NCBI RefSeq assembly: GCF_001194135.2
Contig: NC_068991.1
Location: 67,082,566 to 67,146,565 of the forward strand
DNA: 64,000 bases
Reading direction: 5' to 3'
Origin: Octopus bimaculoides
Lineage: Eukaryota
Shown here piece after piece: positions 1-12,869 of the stretch. Numbering within the stretch: the stretch's first letter is position 1; each line of letters opens with the position of its first letter. Below the pieces are notes generated by a model. It saw only the letters and a program-made list of their open reading frames with translations, made no database searches and had not been told where the DNA came from. Both the position numbers and the translations under genes were made by a program.

Positions 1-299
1 ATATGGAGATTACGATACTCTTTTACTCTTGCTTCAGCTCCAGACCCGTGGTCATGCTGGGGCATTGACGAAAAAAAAAAAAGAAAGAAAAAAAAAAGGT
101 TTTCAAAATTTCGATGTCAATTGTCTTACGATGATTTTCCATTTTCAATTTGTAATCATAAATCGAAAATGGCACCAGTTTTAAGTAGATTAAAATTACA
201 CACAGCAGACAGGTACTGATATATGCTCTGACTCCTAGTCTCCACTAATATCCTACCTGATATGGAGGTTTGGCACTTTGTCTCAAGTTTCTTCATACT

Positions 300-305
300 T
301 TTATT
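300..305 (-). terminator. Candidate polyadenylation signal (AATAAA on -)
   Basis: Forward TTTATT at 300-305, about 87 nt downstream of the TAA (392-394) of the minus-strand terminal exon. Confidence 0.45.
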
Positions 306-391
306 TTCAGTTGTGGGCAAATGTGAAGAATCGCAACGCAACCCCACCACCACTACCGTGCCATCTTCAAAATAAGGAATATAAAAAAATA

Positions 392-723
392 TTATGAACA
401 GAGGTGTTGAATAAATCTGTCTTGATATTGCCGAATAGTATCAATATTTCCATTTTGTGACCAACAAGCCGAAGGAATGCCGACTGAACCGTTTACATTA
501 ACAAGGCTTAGAATCAACAAGTCTGAAGTGTTAGCTAAACTGAATAAATACATAGGAGCCAGCCCTGCTTGAAAATACTGTTTGCATTTACTATCAGCAA
601 TATTTGTTACCATCAACAGCCTCCTGACATCACCAGTCTCGAAGTCTGCTGTTTCACTAAGAGTACATACACAGCACTTGTCAGAAATATTTAGACGCCC
701 GTCATTATAAAGAAGATTTTTGT
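392..723 (-). CDS. Terminal coding exon of an unidentified protein, probably the 3' exon of the THAP gene
   Basis: Acceptor ...ttctctttctatatatatatggttaAG|AC (AG at 725-724), phase 1. Then 109 open codons: KNLLYNDGRLNISDKCCVCTLSETADFETGDVRRLLMVTNIADSKCKQYFQAGLAPMYLFSLANTSDLLILSLVNVNGSVGIPSACWSQNGNIDTIRQYQDRFIQHLCS*. Non-repetitive, globular-protein-like composition. An in-frame TAA lies at the acceptor, so it is a spliced exon rather than a first exon. Confidence 0.65.
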
Positions 724-3700
724 CTTAACCATATATATATAGAAAGAGAAAAGAAATGAAGAAGAGAACATGAATTAACAACAAAAAAAAAAAATTAGAA
801 ACTTTGGAATCACCAGAACATATATAGTTCTTATAAAAAGTATGTGAAGGATAGAATCCAAATTAGAAAAAAAGAAAGCACAAATAATTTGATGGAATTT
901 CGGGCAACTTTTCAAACACAAAATATCTTTCGTTTCGTTTCCTCACTTAAGCAAAAGTAGTAAAGTTGTAAAATTTACTACAGGGGTGTGTAAAAGAAAC
1001 GAGTTCCCTTTTAAAGTTATGTAATATGTCAGGTATACCTATAGAATAGAGTCGTAAATCATTTAGAGCGCCAAAAACTGTTATTTTTTCGGATTTGTAT
1101 GTTTGAAGCATCGTAGATTATGAATCTTTAATCTATTTTTATTTTTTAGCAAGAGAGACCATTTACTGACAGTTTTCAGTAACTGTTCAGTTTTAGCTTT
1201 TTTCTTTTTTTCAGATTTATATTTTAAACAGGAGATGATTCTTCAAAATTATGTTTAACATATATCTGAAAAAAGAAAACATTTACAGAAAAAGGGAGCG
1301 ATCCCAAATATCACCCCACTTTTGCAGATTCGTAGAATCTAAGATGCTTACAATATACGAATCCAAAGAATTTACAGTTTTGGCGCACTAGATCATTTCC
1401 GACTCTATTCTACAGGAATATTTAACGTGGTACCGTTAATGAAGATGGATGGGGAGGGAGACAGAGAGCGAGTATCAACTGCAATAAAATTTTGTCGACT
1501 TTAAGATATGTAAAAATATAAAGGGAAAAAACATCTCAGAGAAAGACAGCAACACTGGAAGAGTAAGAAAATGGAAAATAATCCACTCGGAAAGATTAGA
1601 GAGAAAGTTACTTACCAATAAACCAATATTTTTTGAAAGAGAAGCAAGATATTAAAAGACTTCTGGTAAACGTTAAGAGAACAAAAGTTATGGTGTGATG
1701 CGAAGAAGTTCGTTGAATAAGAAAGAGGCGACGTAATAAGCCAGCATCCAATGACTAAGTGGGAGAGGAATTAGACAGCTTGATTGTTGGCAGAATGTCT
1801 TAGGATGATGTATCCCGCTTGCTAGAAATATACTCTGTATATATTTTCATTTAACGATTTGCTTATAACCACAAGATAGCCTAACGTTAATGAGACAGAC
1901 CTTCGTTTAAGAGGTTCCAACCAATAATGTAAACAATTAGGTAGTTTACCTGCGTGTATATATGTGTGTATATGCACGTGTTTTGAGTGCAATGTTTTTC
2001 TTCAAAGTTTCTTAAACTATAGTGACTGGTGGGAGAGAGGTAAACAAAAAAATGAGAGAGGGTGAGGAGAAATGAAGCAGAGAAGGGATGGGACGAAGGC
2101 CAGATAAAGGAAGAGAAAATGGTCAAGAGTTCGTAGGATAGATAAAGAAGAAAAATGAGGAATGAGAGACTATTAAGAGTAAAAAAACAAGAACAGGGTT
2201 GGGAACAATGTTACCAAATACGATGTTACTGTTTTCGGTTGAGAGTTTAGTGTCATCGTATACATGTACAGACTGGATGATACATGTCTCTGGGTGTATG
2301 TATGTATATATACACACACACACATATATACATACACAGATTTTTAGCTTATTGTATAGTGCTCAGGTACACTACATCGTTATGTAAGTATGTGTGAGTG
2401 TGTAATATACACATAACATACACATACATCACTCCCTTCACACACATACACTTGCATGTAAACATATAATCATCTACACATACATCTACCCATCCATCCA
2501 TTCATACATATACAAAGTAATCTAGAAGTTTAATGTACCGTTTTCGCTGTTCGTAAAAATAGTTTTCGCTTTACCTTCGGAAACTTTTAACGTGTATTTT
2601 ACTAGCTTTCACTTATAATAGTGTTTTGATCGACTTTTGGTACATATGAACCCGGTAGTGGTTCATATGTACAGATTCTCCTTGTTAGGACAAGAAGAGA
2701 CATGGGACTGAGAGTCACGGATGATGTTACAGAATGTGTGACGAACAAACTTCGACAGATGTATAAACTAAAAATAAAATGAATAAAAATCAATGTGCAG
2801 ATAAAATTAGTGCGTGTGTTTAATTCTCTTTTACTTGTTCTAGTCATTTTTTGCCGAACCGATAAATTACGAGGACGTAAAGACACCACTACCGGTTGTT
2901 AAGTGGTGGTGGGGATAAATACAGACAGACATACACACACACACACACATATATATATACTTTTAGTAAAGCTGCAAAATTGTCATTCATATACATATAT
3001 GTACGACTGGCTTCTTTCCGTCTACCAAATCAACTCACTTTGATCAGCCCAAGGCTATAGTAGAAGACATTTGCCCAAGGTGCCACACAGTGGAACTGAA
3101 CCTGGAACCATGTGGTTGAGAAGCAAGCTTTTTACCACACAGCCATGCCTGCACCTAATTGGCAAAAAAAAAAACATTAAGATGACCATCCCTAAGTATA
3201 ACAATATCTATTTCAACCCACATTTTTACATCAATAATTGTGCAAAACAAATACACGAACCTAATTATTGTTCTTATTTTTCTAATTTTTTTTATCCTTC
3301 ATCATCATCATCATCATCATTTAGCATCTGCTTTCCATGCTGGCATGGGTTGGACGGTTTGACTGAAACTGGTAAGCCGGAGAGCTGCACCAGGTTCCAG
3401 TCTGATTTGGCATGGTTTCTATGGCTGGATGCCCTTTCTAATGCCAACCACTCCAAGAATGTAATGGGTTCTTTTCACCCACCAGCATCAGCCACGAATA
3501 TGATTTCACTTGGCTTGATGTAGTCATGGCTGATGCCAGTGTCACAGACCATTATTGATATGGATTTGTTAAACTGAAAGTAAAGTTAAAATTTGTGAAA
3601 ATTTCAGGCCTTGTGCCTATAGTAGAAAGGATTATTGTTGTTGTTGTTGTCATTACAGTAGTAGTTACTTTTGTATCATCAAAGACCAGGGCCAAAATAT

Positions 3701-3734
3701 GGGCCCCGAGACACTTGGAAAGATGTCACTTGGA

Positions 3735-4197
3735 TTAGCAACACTCTCTGTAGTATGCAAGCTGTTCAAAGCAGTGCAATCTTCTGGAATGCATAAATAT
3801 TGATATTGCCCAGATTATGGTTGATGAATATTTTCATTCCCTTCACCATGAGCCCTAAGTCTTCCAATAATCATTAATATGGCTTCAGTCTTCATATTCT
3901 ACATCCTGTTGATTTCAATTTGTAGCTTATCTGTAACTTTCATGGAAGTGTTTCTTCCAGAAAGAATTTCAACATCAATAAATATGCACCTCCTGTCCTT
4001 GTCCTTAATAACAATATCGGGTTTACCATTTATCTCCCCATCAGTATATTTCTGGACATATGCCAGAGGACGGTAGTGACCTCATTATTATCAGCAATCA
4101 TGTTTGGCTCATGTTCATACCACTTCTCAGCTGTCTTGATTTTATATTTCCTACATATCTTCCACTGTAGTTAACACGACTACCTTGTTATAATTGT
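3735..4197 (-). mobile_element. Degraded R4/Dong-clade non-LTR retrotransposon, C-terminal restriction-like endonuclease region
   Basis: Frameshifted minus translation: ...QWKICRKYKIKTAEKWYEHEPNMIADNNEVTTVLW / TDGEINGKPDIVIKDKDRRCIFIDVEI...KLQIEINRM*NMKTEAILMIIG. The PD-(D/E)xK-type KPDIVI..IDV motif and the WYEHEP motif are typical of R4/Dong elements. Confidence 0.8.
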
Positions 4198-4802
4198 GGC
4201 CGGAGTGGCTGTGTGGTAAGTAGCTTGCTTACCAACCACATGGTTCCAGGTTCAGTCCCATTACACCGAATATGAAATCAATTCAAGGAGGAATTGAAGA
4301 GATTGAAAAATAGCAGCCAAACCGAAAAGATCCAGAAGAGCTACTGTATTGATGTTGCCTAATAAAACAGAAGTATGTATCCACAGATGTCTTGTTTCCA
4401 GAAAAACTGTCCATTTTTCTTCCCCTAATGGCATATCATTTCTAGAGAATGCTTGATTCTTGTAATTACCTCCCCTTCACATTTGGAATTAGTCATGACT
4501 GAAACTGGGTACTTGTTTGTCTTTCCTTGAGGCAATGACAGCTTCTATAAATCAATGATTAATTTTGTATGGTATTTAGTCTACCTTTATTCATCTGTGT
4601 TGTCCTAATTTGTAGCACTCCCTACACTAAGTTATGTCTGTTAGCTCATTTTTGGCAATATATGTACAAATGTACACACACACATATTCTTTTATTCATT
4701 TCAGTCATGCTGGAACACCACTGTGAGCATTCATCTATATATACCTATGTATATGTAAGATAAACTTACTTGGAAATATATATGTATATATGCATGTATG
4801 TG

Positions 4803-4991
4803 TCATCATCATCATCATCGTTTAACGTCCGCTTTCCATGCTAGCATGGGTTGGACGATTTGACTGAAGACTGGTGAAACCAGATGGCTACACCAGGCTC
4901 CAATATGATTTGGCAGTTTCTACAGCTGGATGCCCTTCCTAACGCCAACCACTCTGAGAGTGTAGTGGGTGCTTTTACGTGCCACCGGCAC
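4803..4991 (-). mobile_element. 5'-truncated RTE LINE 3' UTR with (GAT)n tail; representative of a very abundant family
   Basis: CATCATCATCGTTTAACGTCCGCTTTCCATGCTAGCATGGGTTGG...GGATGCCCTTCCTAACGCCAACCAC. Related copies lie at ~3300, 9130, 11540, 14440, 28130, 30720, 41100, 44350, 51895, 57600, 61180 and 62941. Confidence 0.7.
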
Positions 4992-5205
4992 NNNNNNNNN
5001 NNNNNNNNNNNNNNNNNNNNNNNNNNNNNNNNNNNNNNNNNNNNNNNNNNNNNNNNNNNNNNNNNNNNNNNNNNNNNNNNNNNNNNNNNNNNNNNNNNNN
5101 NNNNNNNNNNNNNNNNNNNNNNNNNNNNNNNNNNNNNNNNNNNNNNNNNNNNNNNNNNNNNNNNNNNNNNNNNNNNNNNNNNNNNNNNNNNNNNNNNNNN
5201 NNNNN
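4992..5205. other. Assembly gap
   Basis: N run. Confidence 1.
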
Positions 5206-5274
<69 letters not shown>

Positions 5275-5857
5275 GCATTAAATATATTAAAAACCCAACT
5301 CACTTCCAGTTTGATCTTTTTTATTTTTTTTTTTCTGTATTTCCTTATATGACTAAGGTCATCTTAACAGCATCATAGGTCCCTGGGCCCTATAGTATTT
5401 CTTTAGGGACAGCAAGCCACAACATACATCATCATCGTTTAGCATCCATTTTCCATTCTGGCATGGGCTGGATGGCTTGACAGGAGCTGGCCAGCCGGGG
5501 AGCTGTCCACACTCCAATTGTCTGTTGTGACATGGTTTCTACAACTGGATGCCCTTCCTAACATAGATACCATGCCACCATAGATCAGAATTAGACCCCT
5601 AGAATTGCGAGGCCCTTGAGCAAATCAATGCACTGAGCCCTGTAGTATTTATTTGCTGACAGCAAACCACAACATATATAGATCAAAATTGGGTCCATAG
5701 ATCTATGAGGTTACTGAGAACCATCCATGCCTTAAAACGGCACTGTACAAGACCCTTGCAGTTTATTTGGAACAATAAAATTCTTAGATTCATTCCAGCC
5801 AATGGCCAGCCTCATCAGTTTCTGTACTCCTCCTGCTGTATTGAGTGACTTATATAA

Positions 5858-6077
5858 CCCTTTAGCATTCAGATTACTCTACCAAATGCAATGGTTATGC
5901 ATTCACATTGTTTTGAATTAATCATGCATTATTTCATACCTTTGAGATTTCAATGGTGCGATTGTTTATTTTTAGAATTACATTGTAGGGTAGATGTGAG
6001 TGGCCAAATCTGGCCAGTTTGAATATAAGACATGTAGAATATTTGGGCCGAACATGGCCTGTTTAAATGCTAAAGAG
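5858..6077. mobile_element. piggyBac-type (TTAA) MITE
   Basis: TIRs CCCTTTAGCATT...AATGCTAAAGAG. Right flank TTAA, left flank ATAA. Same family as 12418 and 60103. Confidence 0.7.
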
Positions 6078-7790
6078 TTAAACAAATTTTACTGCTAGAG
6101 GTTCAATGTCCTCAAACTTGCACTTTAGTTTATAGGGTCATCATGTTTTGACATGTGCTGTCTGTGTGATTATTTTAAGCTTCCTGTTATGACGAGTATT
6201 ATTTCCCTAATTAATCATCTATTTTTGTGGGGAACTCTATACAGTAATGGAAGCAAGTCTGTTTGTGATGACAACGTTCAAGCAATATTTAAATGTTACC
6301 AACATGGACATACCACGAGCGACTTAAGAATTTCCAGACTTTTGTCTGGATTTGCAGCTAACAGTAGCTGCCCTTACACCCGGAACTGCAATAAATTTAT
6401 GAATCTACACACACACATATATATATATATAACGCACACATGTATATAAAAATGGGGAAGGCCATTTTTAATATATACTGCTCTACATCTTAGAGTGTGC
6501 TTCTTTCGGATTTATGCTCTTTTACAAACGATACATATGTACATATTACATACACTCACATATATACATATACACACACACATACATATATACATACAAG
6601 CACATATATGTACATACACACACGAGTATATGTGTGAGTAGATATATTTACATCTACCTATCCATTAAAGTACCATCATTCTTTTACGTCCGCTTCCCAC
6701 GTTGGCGTGGGTCGAACGGGTTGTACACACTCTCCTAGAACGTGGGGGTGCGCGCGAACGTCTGCCTATATACGCACGCGCATGCATGCACAAACATACA
6801 TATATACAAAAAAAGAGGACGAAGAAAAAAGACGAATAAGAACTAAAACTCAAGAAAGACAAGGGATAGAGATAATGAGAACCAGCAATAAATAAATAAA
6901 TAAATAACCAGTTCTTTTTAATGCTATACTTAGTTTTATCAGGATTGACCGGGGACTTCACAGCAATAATTAACATGGCTTTAATCCCCAACGACAAGTG
7001 GGAGACGGTCGCGAGTTAAGCTTGTGGTCAGTGGTGCATGTTGACCAGTAAATGTTGTGACGCCCTAAGTAATAAAAAAAATGCTACACTTCACCTTTGA
7101 ACTTTACATACGTGGTTGTTTGACCTGGTACGAAAAAAAAAAACGAAAAAAAACAGTGAAATCCCTCAGAAACTACATCCCACCATCTTACAAAAAAAAA
7201 AAAAAGATAGAATATATATATAATATACACACATACATATACCGTATGAACATGCATGCGGATAATAGTAGTCTTGATGTCTGGAAATAAAAGACGGAAT
7301 GGTCGTAGTTGGAACGCTTTCATCACATGTCTAGTCAATCAGGTTTGACCTGGAGCTTAACAACAACCGTCACTCACCTCCACCGACTTCTTTTATTTTT
7401 AACGCTACTTTCAATTTATAAGGGTGACCAGACACCAGTCTCTTTTAGTCTATCTTGCACTCCCTTCTTTCATTTCTTCATCTTTCGTCCTCTCTCTCTC
7501 TCTCTCTCTGTCTCTCTATCAATCTCTCTATATCTATCAATCTTCTGTTATATTTACCTCCTCTCTTCCTCTCACTCTCGTACCTTCCTATGTTGTGGTG
7601 CTCCCCTCTCTCATCTCTTCATCTTACTAGTGCTCACCTTCCTCCCTTTGGTCTCCTTTGACCCCTTATACCGCTTTTTGCACCCCCTCCGCCGTCGTCA
7701 AATATTGCTATCTATCAGCCCTTTGAACACTACATCTGTAGTCCTATCCTTCTCTGATTTGTCCCTGTATATTGTCTCTCCTGTCCACGC

Positions 7791-7822
<32 letters not shown>

Positions 7823-8110
7823 AACGACGTTTAGATCTATCGATCTTATTTCGTATCTACATTCAAGGTGTTGCTAGTTATATATTGCACCACTACAGAG
7901 AAAGATTTTTATTGGTTAAGTCTGGTTTGTAGGTTTCGTTATGTGTGTGTGTGTGTGTGTGTGGTTGGTGGGTTTGGCCCGTTAGCCGGGTGTTTGCATT
8001 CGACCCGGGTACTCGTCACAGACAAGAATATTTGCTTACACTATCCAGCGACAAACATCATTTACAAAAATATCGGCTGAAACAGACAGATAAGAAGATT
8101 GCATACCCAG

Positions 8111-8154
<44 letters not shown>

Positions 8155-10734
8155 CACACACATACACACACCTGCTGGTTGATGTCTATAAATTCATTAA
8201 ATATGAGTGGTCGGTTTAAAGGGGAAAATGTCTATAACAGAGGAGTTACGGAAGAGAAAGAGAGGAGGACAGCTATAAATGAAGGAATAAATTATCAAAT
8301 ACAAATAAATATGAGACAGTGTATGACAGTGAGTGTCAGAGCAAAGAATAGACATTGTATTTGTGTGTGTGTGAGAGAGAGAGAGACAGACGGAGACAGA
8401 GAGAGGGGGAGTGAGAGAGACGTAATGAGTGAATGTTCACCTGTCAATATGGAAGAGGAGAAGGAAATAGTCCCGGAAGAGACAACACTTCTAGCAACAA
8501 AATGTCTCGAGCCAACAAATATTGCCTCTATGGTTAGTCTGACCCACTAGAAATAGCAGCCAAACTTCCCTTAAATCAAACCTGACAGCATTAAAAAAAA
8601 AAATGAATGACACATTGGATAATGTAGTTCTAGATATTCTATGACTGAACTTACACAGGCTGGTCTCAGCAGGAACGCTTTTCACCTTAAATCTACTCTA
8701 TCTGAGCTGGTGTGGGCTCAATGACAGCTGCAGCAATAGATATGTCTGAAAGCCTGGAGAGCAAGAAAAAAATTTAAGATGTTGGCTGAGGAGACACAAT
8801 AACATCCATTTAATTCTATGGTATCACGGTTGGTTGAATTTAGAACTATGCATGATGTATTGGAACAAACACAAGCTTCTCTCTGCCTTTTTCTGTTACT
8901 ACACTGTCCTTATGGTAGTAACAGAAGTAACAATGCTGTGTCTGCTGAGGCTAGACTGGCTTAGAGAACACAGCATGACCAGATATCAAGGTCCCAGATT
9001 CAACATCAACACAAGGCATCTTAGGCAAGTGGCTTTTTCACCATTGCCTTGGGATGACTCAAGTCATGTGAATGAAATTGAAGAGACAGAAATTGTGCAG
9101 CAGCTTCTCCCCTTACACAACCTTTTCATTATCATTTCCATTTTCCATGCTGGCATGGGTTGGACGGTTTGGCAGGAGCTGGCAAACCAGAGAACTGCAC
9201 CAGGGTCTGTTTTGGCATGGTTTTTTATGGCTGGATGCCCTTCCTAATGCCAACCACTTCACAGAGTATATGGGGTACTTTTTACATGATGCCAGTATGG
9301 GTGCTCGGTATGTGACGCCAGCACAGGTGCTTTCTACATGGAGCCAGAACAGGTGTTTTTATGTGACGCTGATACAGATGCTCTTTATGGAATGCTTAAC
9401 CAATTACACACTAAATCAATCAATCAATCATCAGAGTTGATCAAACAACTGAACCCTTATCACTGAAACCAAGGAAGACCCTTTTTACAAAGGCACCTCA
9501 AGCCGCTTTCACTCAGACACTCCTCACTTACATCACACCTCTCTTCCTTTTATCATCCATAGTGTGTTCTCCCTAACCTCAAACCCTTGCACTAAACACT
9601 ATTTCAAGTCCTTCCTTCCCTGACTGTCACTCCTCTTGAATTCCCTCTCTGCCTATGTTTTGTGATTAAGAGGTTCACTTCACAACGATATGGTTTCCGG
9701 TTCAGTTCCATGACACAGCACTTGGGTAAATGTCTTCTACTATAGCCCCAGACTGGCTAATAATGCCTGTGTGCAAATCTGGTAGATAGAACCTGTGTGA
9801 AAGCCCATAACATAACTGTAGAGTTAAAAAGCTTTGCTTCCTCACTATGTGATCTTGGATTCCGTCCCACAATTCAGTAAATTACAAGTTCAGCAAAAGC
9901 AACCGACAGAGTAAGTGCCAGACCTAAAAATAAGTACTGAGGTTGATTTGTTTAACAAAACCCTTAAGTGTGGTGCCACAATATAGCCACAGTCTAATTA
10001 CTGAAACAATTCAGTCATCACTTTGAAAGTGTTCAAGAGAAACATGGGAGCCAGTCAGGTGGCACTGGCAACGATCAGGCTCAGCTGGTGCCTTCAACGT
10101 GCCAATCAGGTGATACTGTCATCAGCCATGACAATGACTTCACTTGACTCAACAGGTCTTCGCAAGTGCAAGTTTATTACCCAATGATTGAAGGGTATTC
10201 TTCAAATCTTTCATATCTCTTAAAACTTTAACAACCTTTTGAATCTTTGATGACAGAAGTATAGATAATTGCTATGGTTGGAGTTAATTTGCCCATACCA
10301 ACCTGTATCTTCCCGAAATGGCCATCAGACTATGCACTTATTCAGGATTCATCTTAAATCATTTTATGCTAACTTTCTCATCTGCCCTCCTTGTTGATAA
10401 TAATACAGATATTCAACCTCGCAAGTACATCTGTGTATTTATATTTATATGTTTATGAATTTTTATATATTTATAAATCTTCACATATTCATATATTCAT
10501 AAATTCTTATGAATTTTTATCATGTCTCATATGTGAACACATCTATGTATATTGCGGAGAATTTCGACAATTTGAAATGGATTGAATGAATTTGAATACT
10601 GACCTTTGAAATTTGTTTCTTAATTTTATATGGATATATATATGAGAGAGAGGGGGGGGGGAGAAAGAGAGAGAGAAAGATAGGGAGAAAGAGAGAGAGA
10701 GAGATGTGTATTTGTGTGTGTGTGTATGTATATA

Positions 10735-11476
10735 CAGTGGGGGGAGATAAATATTTGTACATGTCAAAATTCTTTATTTAATTTCTAATGAATATAAATG
10801 GGATATACCAATACTATATGTGCATACACATGCATAAACTAAGAATATGCAAAAGAAACTAATAGATTATAGTAACTAATGAATTTATATACAATTATAA
10901 ATATTTAGGGGTGAAAAAAGTATTCATACAGAATAAATTTACGAGTTTCTATGCCACAAAATACTGTTAAAATAATTTGTTTTTTTACTAGAACTTTCTC
11001 ATTTGTTCCAATAATCTCATCAGTGGTCACTTTTAAGTGTCAAAACGCTAGCTTCTTCATTCAGCATTGAGACAACATAAAGTAGTGTCGTAATAATGGC
11101 GAAAAGTAAAGAACTCACAAATTCAGTGAAAAACTTAATTATTGAACAGTGGAAAGCATGTAAAAGTTACAGGAAAATATCAGAGAACCTTTGTATTCCA
11201 TTTTCTACCATATCTTCATTTATTCAAAGATATAAAAAATTGGGAACTGCTGAAAACAGAATAAGATCCGGTGCACCACACAAGATTTCCCTTAGATCTT
11301 TAAGAAAAATTAAGTGAAGAATCGAAAAAAACGCATTGATCACCAGAAAGGAGTTGCAAGAAGATTTGTTAGATTCAGGGACTAGTGTTACACTACGAAC
11401 AATCAGCAATGAACTTCATTGGAATGAACTGAAGTCACGCTCTCCTAGAAAAACTCCGCTGTTGACTAAAAGCACA
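10735..11476 (+). mobile_element. Tc1-family transposon, left end plus truncated transposase pseudogene
   Basis: TA|CAGTGGGGGAGATAAATATTTG left TIR at 10735. ORF from 11096: MAKSKELTNSVKNLIIEQWKACKSYRKISENLCIPFSTISSFIQRYKKLGTAENRIRSGAPHKISLRSLRKIK*RIEKNALITRKELQEDL...SRSPRKTPLL. This covers the paired-like HTH domains and GRPR-like linker, has an internal stop and lacks a DDE domain. Confidence 0.9.
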
Positions 11477-12417
11477 TAAAAAGCACCATTCGAATGTATT
11501 TGTTGCCAGTACTACCTGACTGGCTTTCGTGCTGGTGGCACATAAAAAGCACCCACTACATTCTCAGAGTGGTTGGCACTAGGAAGGGCATCCAGCTGTA
11601 GAAACTTTGCCAGATCAGATTGGAGCCTGATGCAGGTTTCTGGCTTGCCAGCCCTCAGTCAAAACTGTCCAACCCATGCCAGCATGGAAAGCAGACATTA
11701 AACGATGATGATGATGATGATGAACACTGCATGGCACCTTGGGCCAGTGTCCTCTACTATAGCCCCAGGATGACCAATGCCTTACAAGTGGACTTGGTAG
11801 GCGGAAACTGATTGAAGCCCATCATGTGTGTGTGTTACATTGCATGACAGTTGTAAATGAGTGTCAATGTTTCCAGCATTCTGTAGAAAGATGTATGGTT
11901 ATAGGATGATATTATCTTATTTGGAAACAGATGAGGGTTAGCAACAGGAAGGGTACCCGACCACAGGAAATCTGCCTCAAGAGATTTCGTTCAATCTATA
12001 TGAGCATAGAAAAGTGGACATTAAATGGAGATGATAATGATGATATTTTACTCAGAATTTGCTTTAAGTCTTCAACTCCTGATGAGATTATGAAGATGTA
12101 AGATATCTAAACCTGGAAATTCCACCTCTCTCCAGGCCTGATCACAGTTGATTTCTTTCCAAGAGAAAGAGTGAGAAGAATCAATAGTACCGAACTGGTA
12201 TTCTGCTTATCAACCTCCAAAAGGACGGAAAGTGAAGTTGACTTTAGTGTAATTTGAACTCAGAATGTAGAGAGCCAAAACAAAATACTGGAAGACATTC
12301 TATCTAATGCTCTAATGGCTCTGTTAATTTATCCTTTTAATGAGACATGAAGTCAAGTGAAATGTGGAAAAATAATCATTTATGCCATCCTCATAAGTGA
12401 ATAAAAAGTTGAGTTAA

Positions 12418-12635
12418 CCCTTTAGCATTTAAACTGAACATAAAACAAGTAGGGTATTTGGTCTGGATATGACCAAACTGGTCAGATCTGGCATGTCACA
12501 CCTACTCCACAATGCCACTCTATGAACAAATAATCACATCAGCAAAAATTCAAAGCTACAAGATAACTGCATGATTAATTCAAAACAATGTGAATAAATA
12601 AACACATTTGACAGGGCAATCTGAATGCTAAAGGG
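12418..12635. mobile_element. piggyBac-type (TTAA) MITE, 218 bp
   Basis: TTAA (12414-17)|CCCTTTAGCATT ... AATGCTAAAGGG|TTAA (12636-39). Confidence 0.85.
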
Positions 12636-12641
12636 TTAAAG

Positions 12642-12869
12642 CAGTGTTTCTCAACTGGGGTTCCCCAGAACCTTAGGGTACAGCGAGAAAGAGTGTGATA
12701 AGCTAATGCTAATTTCATGATCGTAATATATATATATATATTTACCACGTGAACTACAATGAAAAAATATGAGAAAGATATGGTATATAATTTTTTGTAT
12801 GCAAGGATTCCTTGAGACATGTAATTTATTTTAAGGGTTACGCAAGGGTAAAACGGTTGAGAAACACTG
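12642..12869. mobile_element. hAT-type MITE with 8-bp TSD
   Basis: TIR CAGTGTTTCTCAAC...GTTGAGAAACACTG. Perfect TSD GGTTAAAG at 12634-12641 and 12870-12877. Confidence 0.9.

Noticed and set aside
1320-1370. Imperfect hairpin (GATTCGTA...TACGAATC) resembling a pre-miRNA
   Set aside because: AT-rich with several mismatches and a very small loop; expected by chance without small-RNA data.
1615-1757. Minus-strand segment with a perfect GTAAGT donor and two open frames
   Set aside because: The frames are open mainly because the strand is A-poor. The peptide is not recognisable, and the frame ending in phase 1 needs a phase-0 upstream exon that I could not find.
4841-5378. Long ORFs spanning N runs (also ~15950, 39600-40300, 54150-54960)
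   Set aside because: Artefacts of assembly gaps and microsatellites.
7373-7450. Perfect minus-strand donor GAG|GTGAGT at ~7378
   Set aside because: No plausible acceptor or pyrimidine tract upstream and no coding signal.
7945-8550. 201-aa plus-strand ORF
   Set aside because: Built from (GT)n, (CT)n, (CA)n and (GA)n repeats plus a dispersed-repeat end; no domain.
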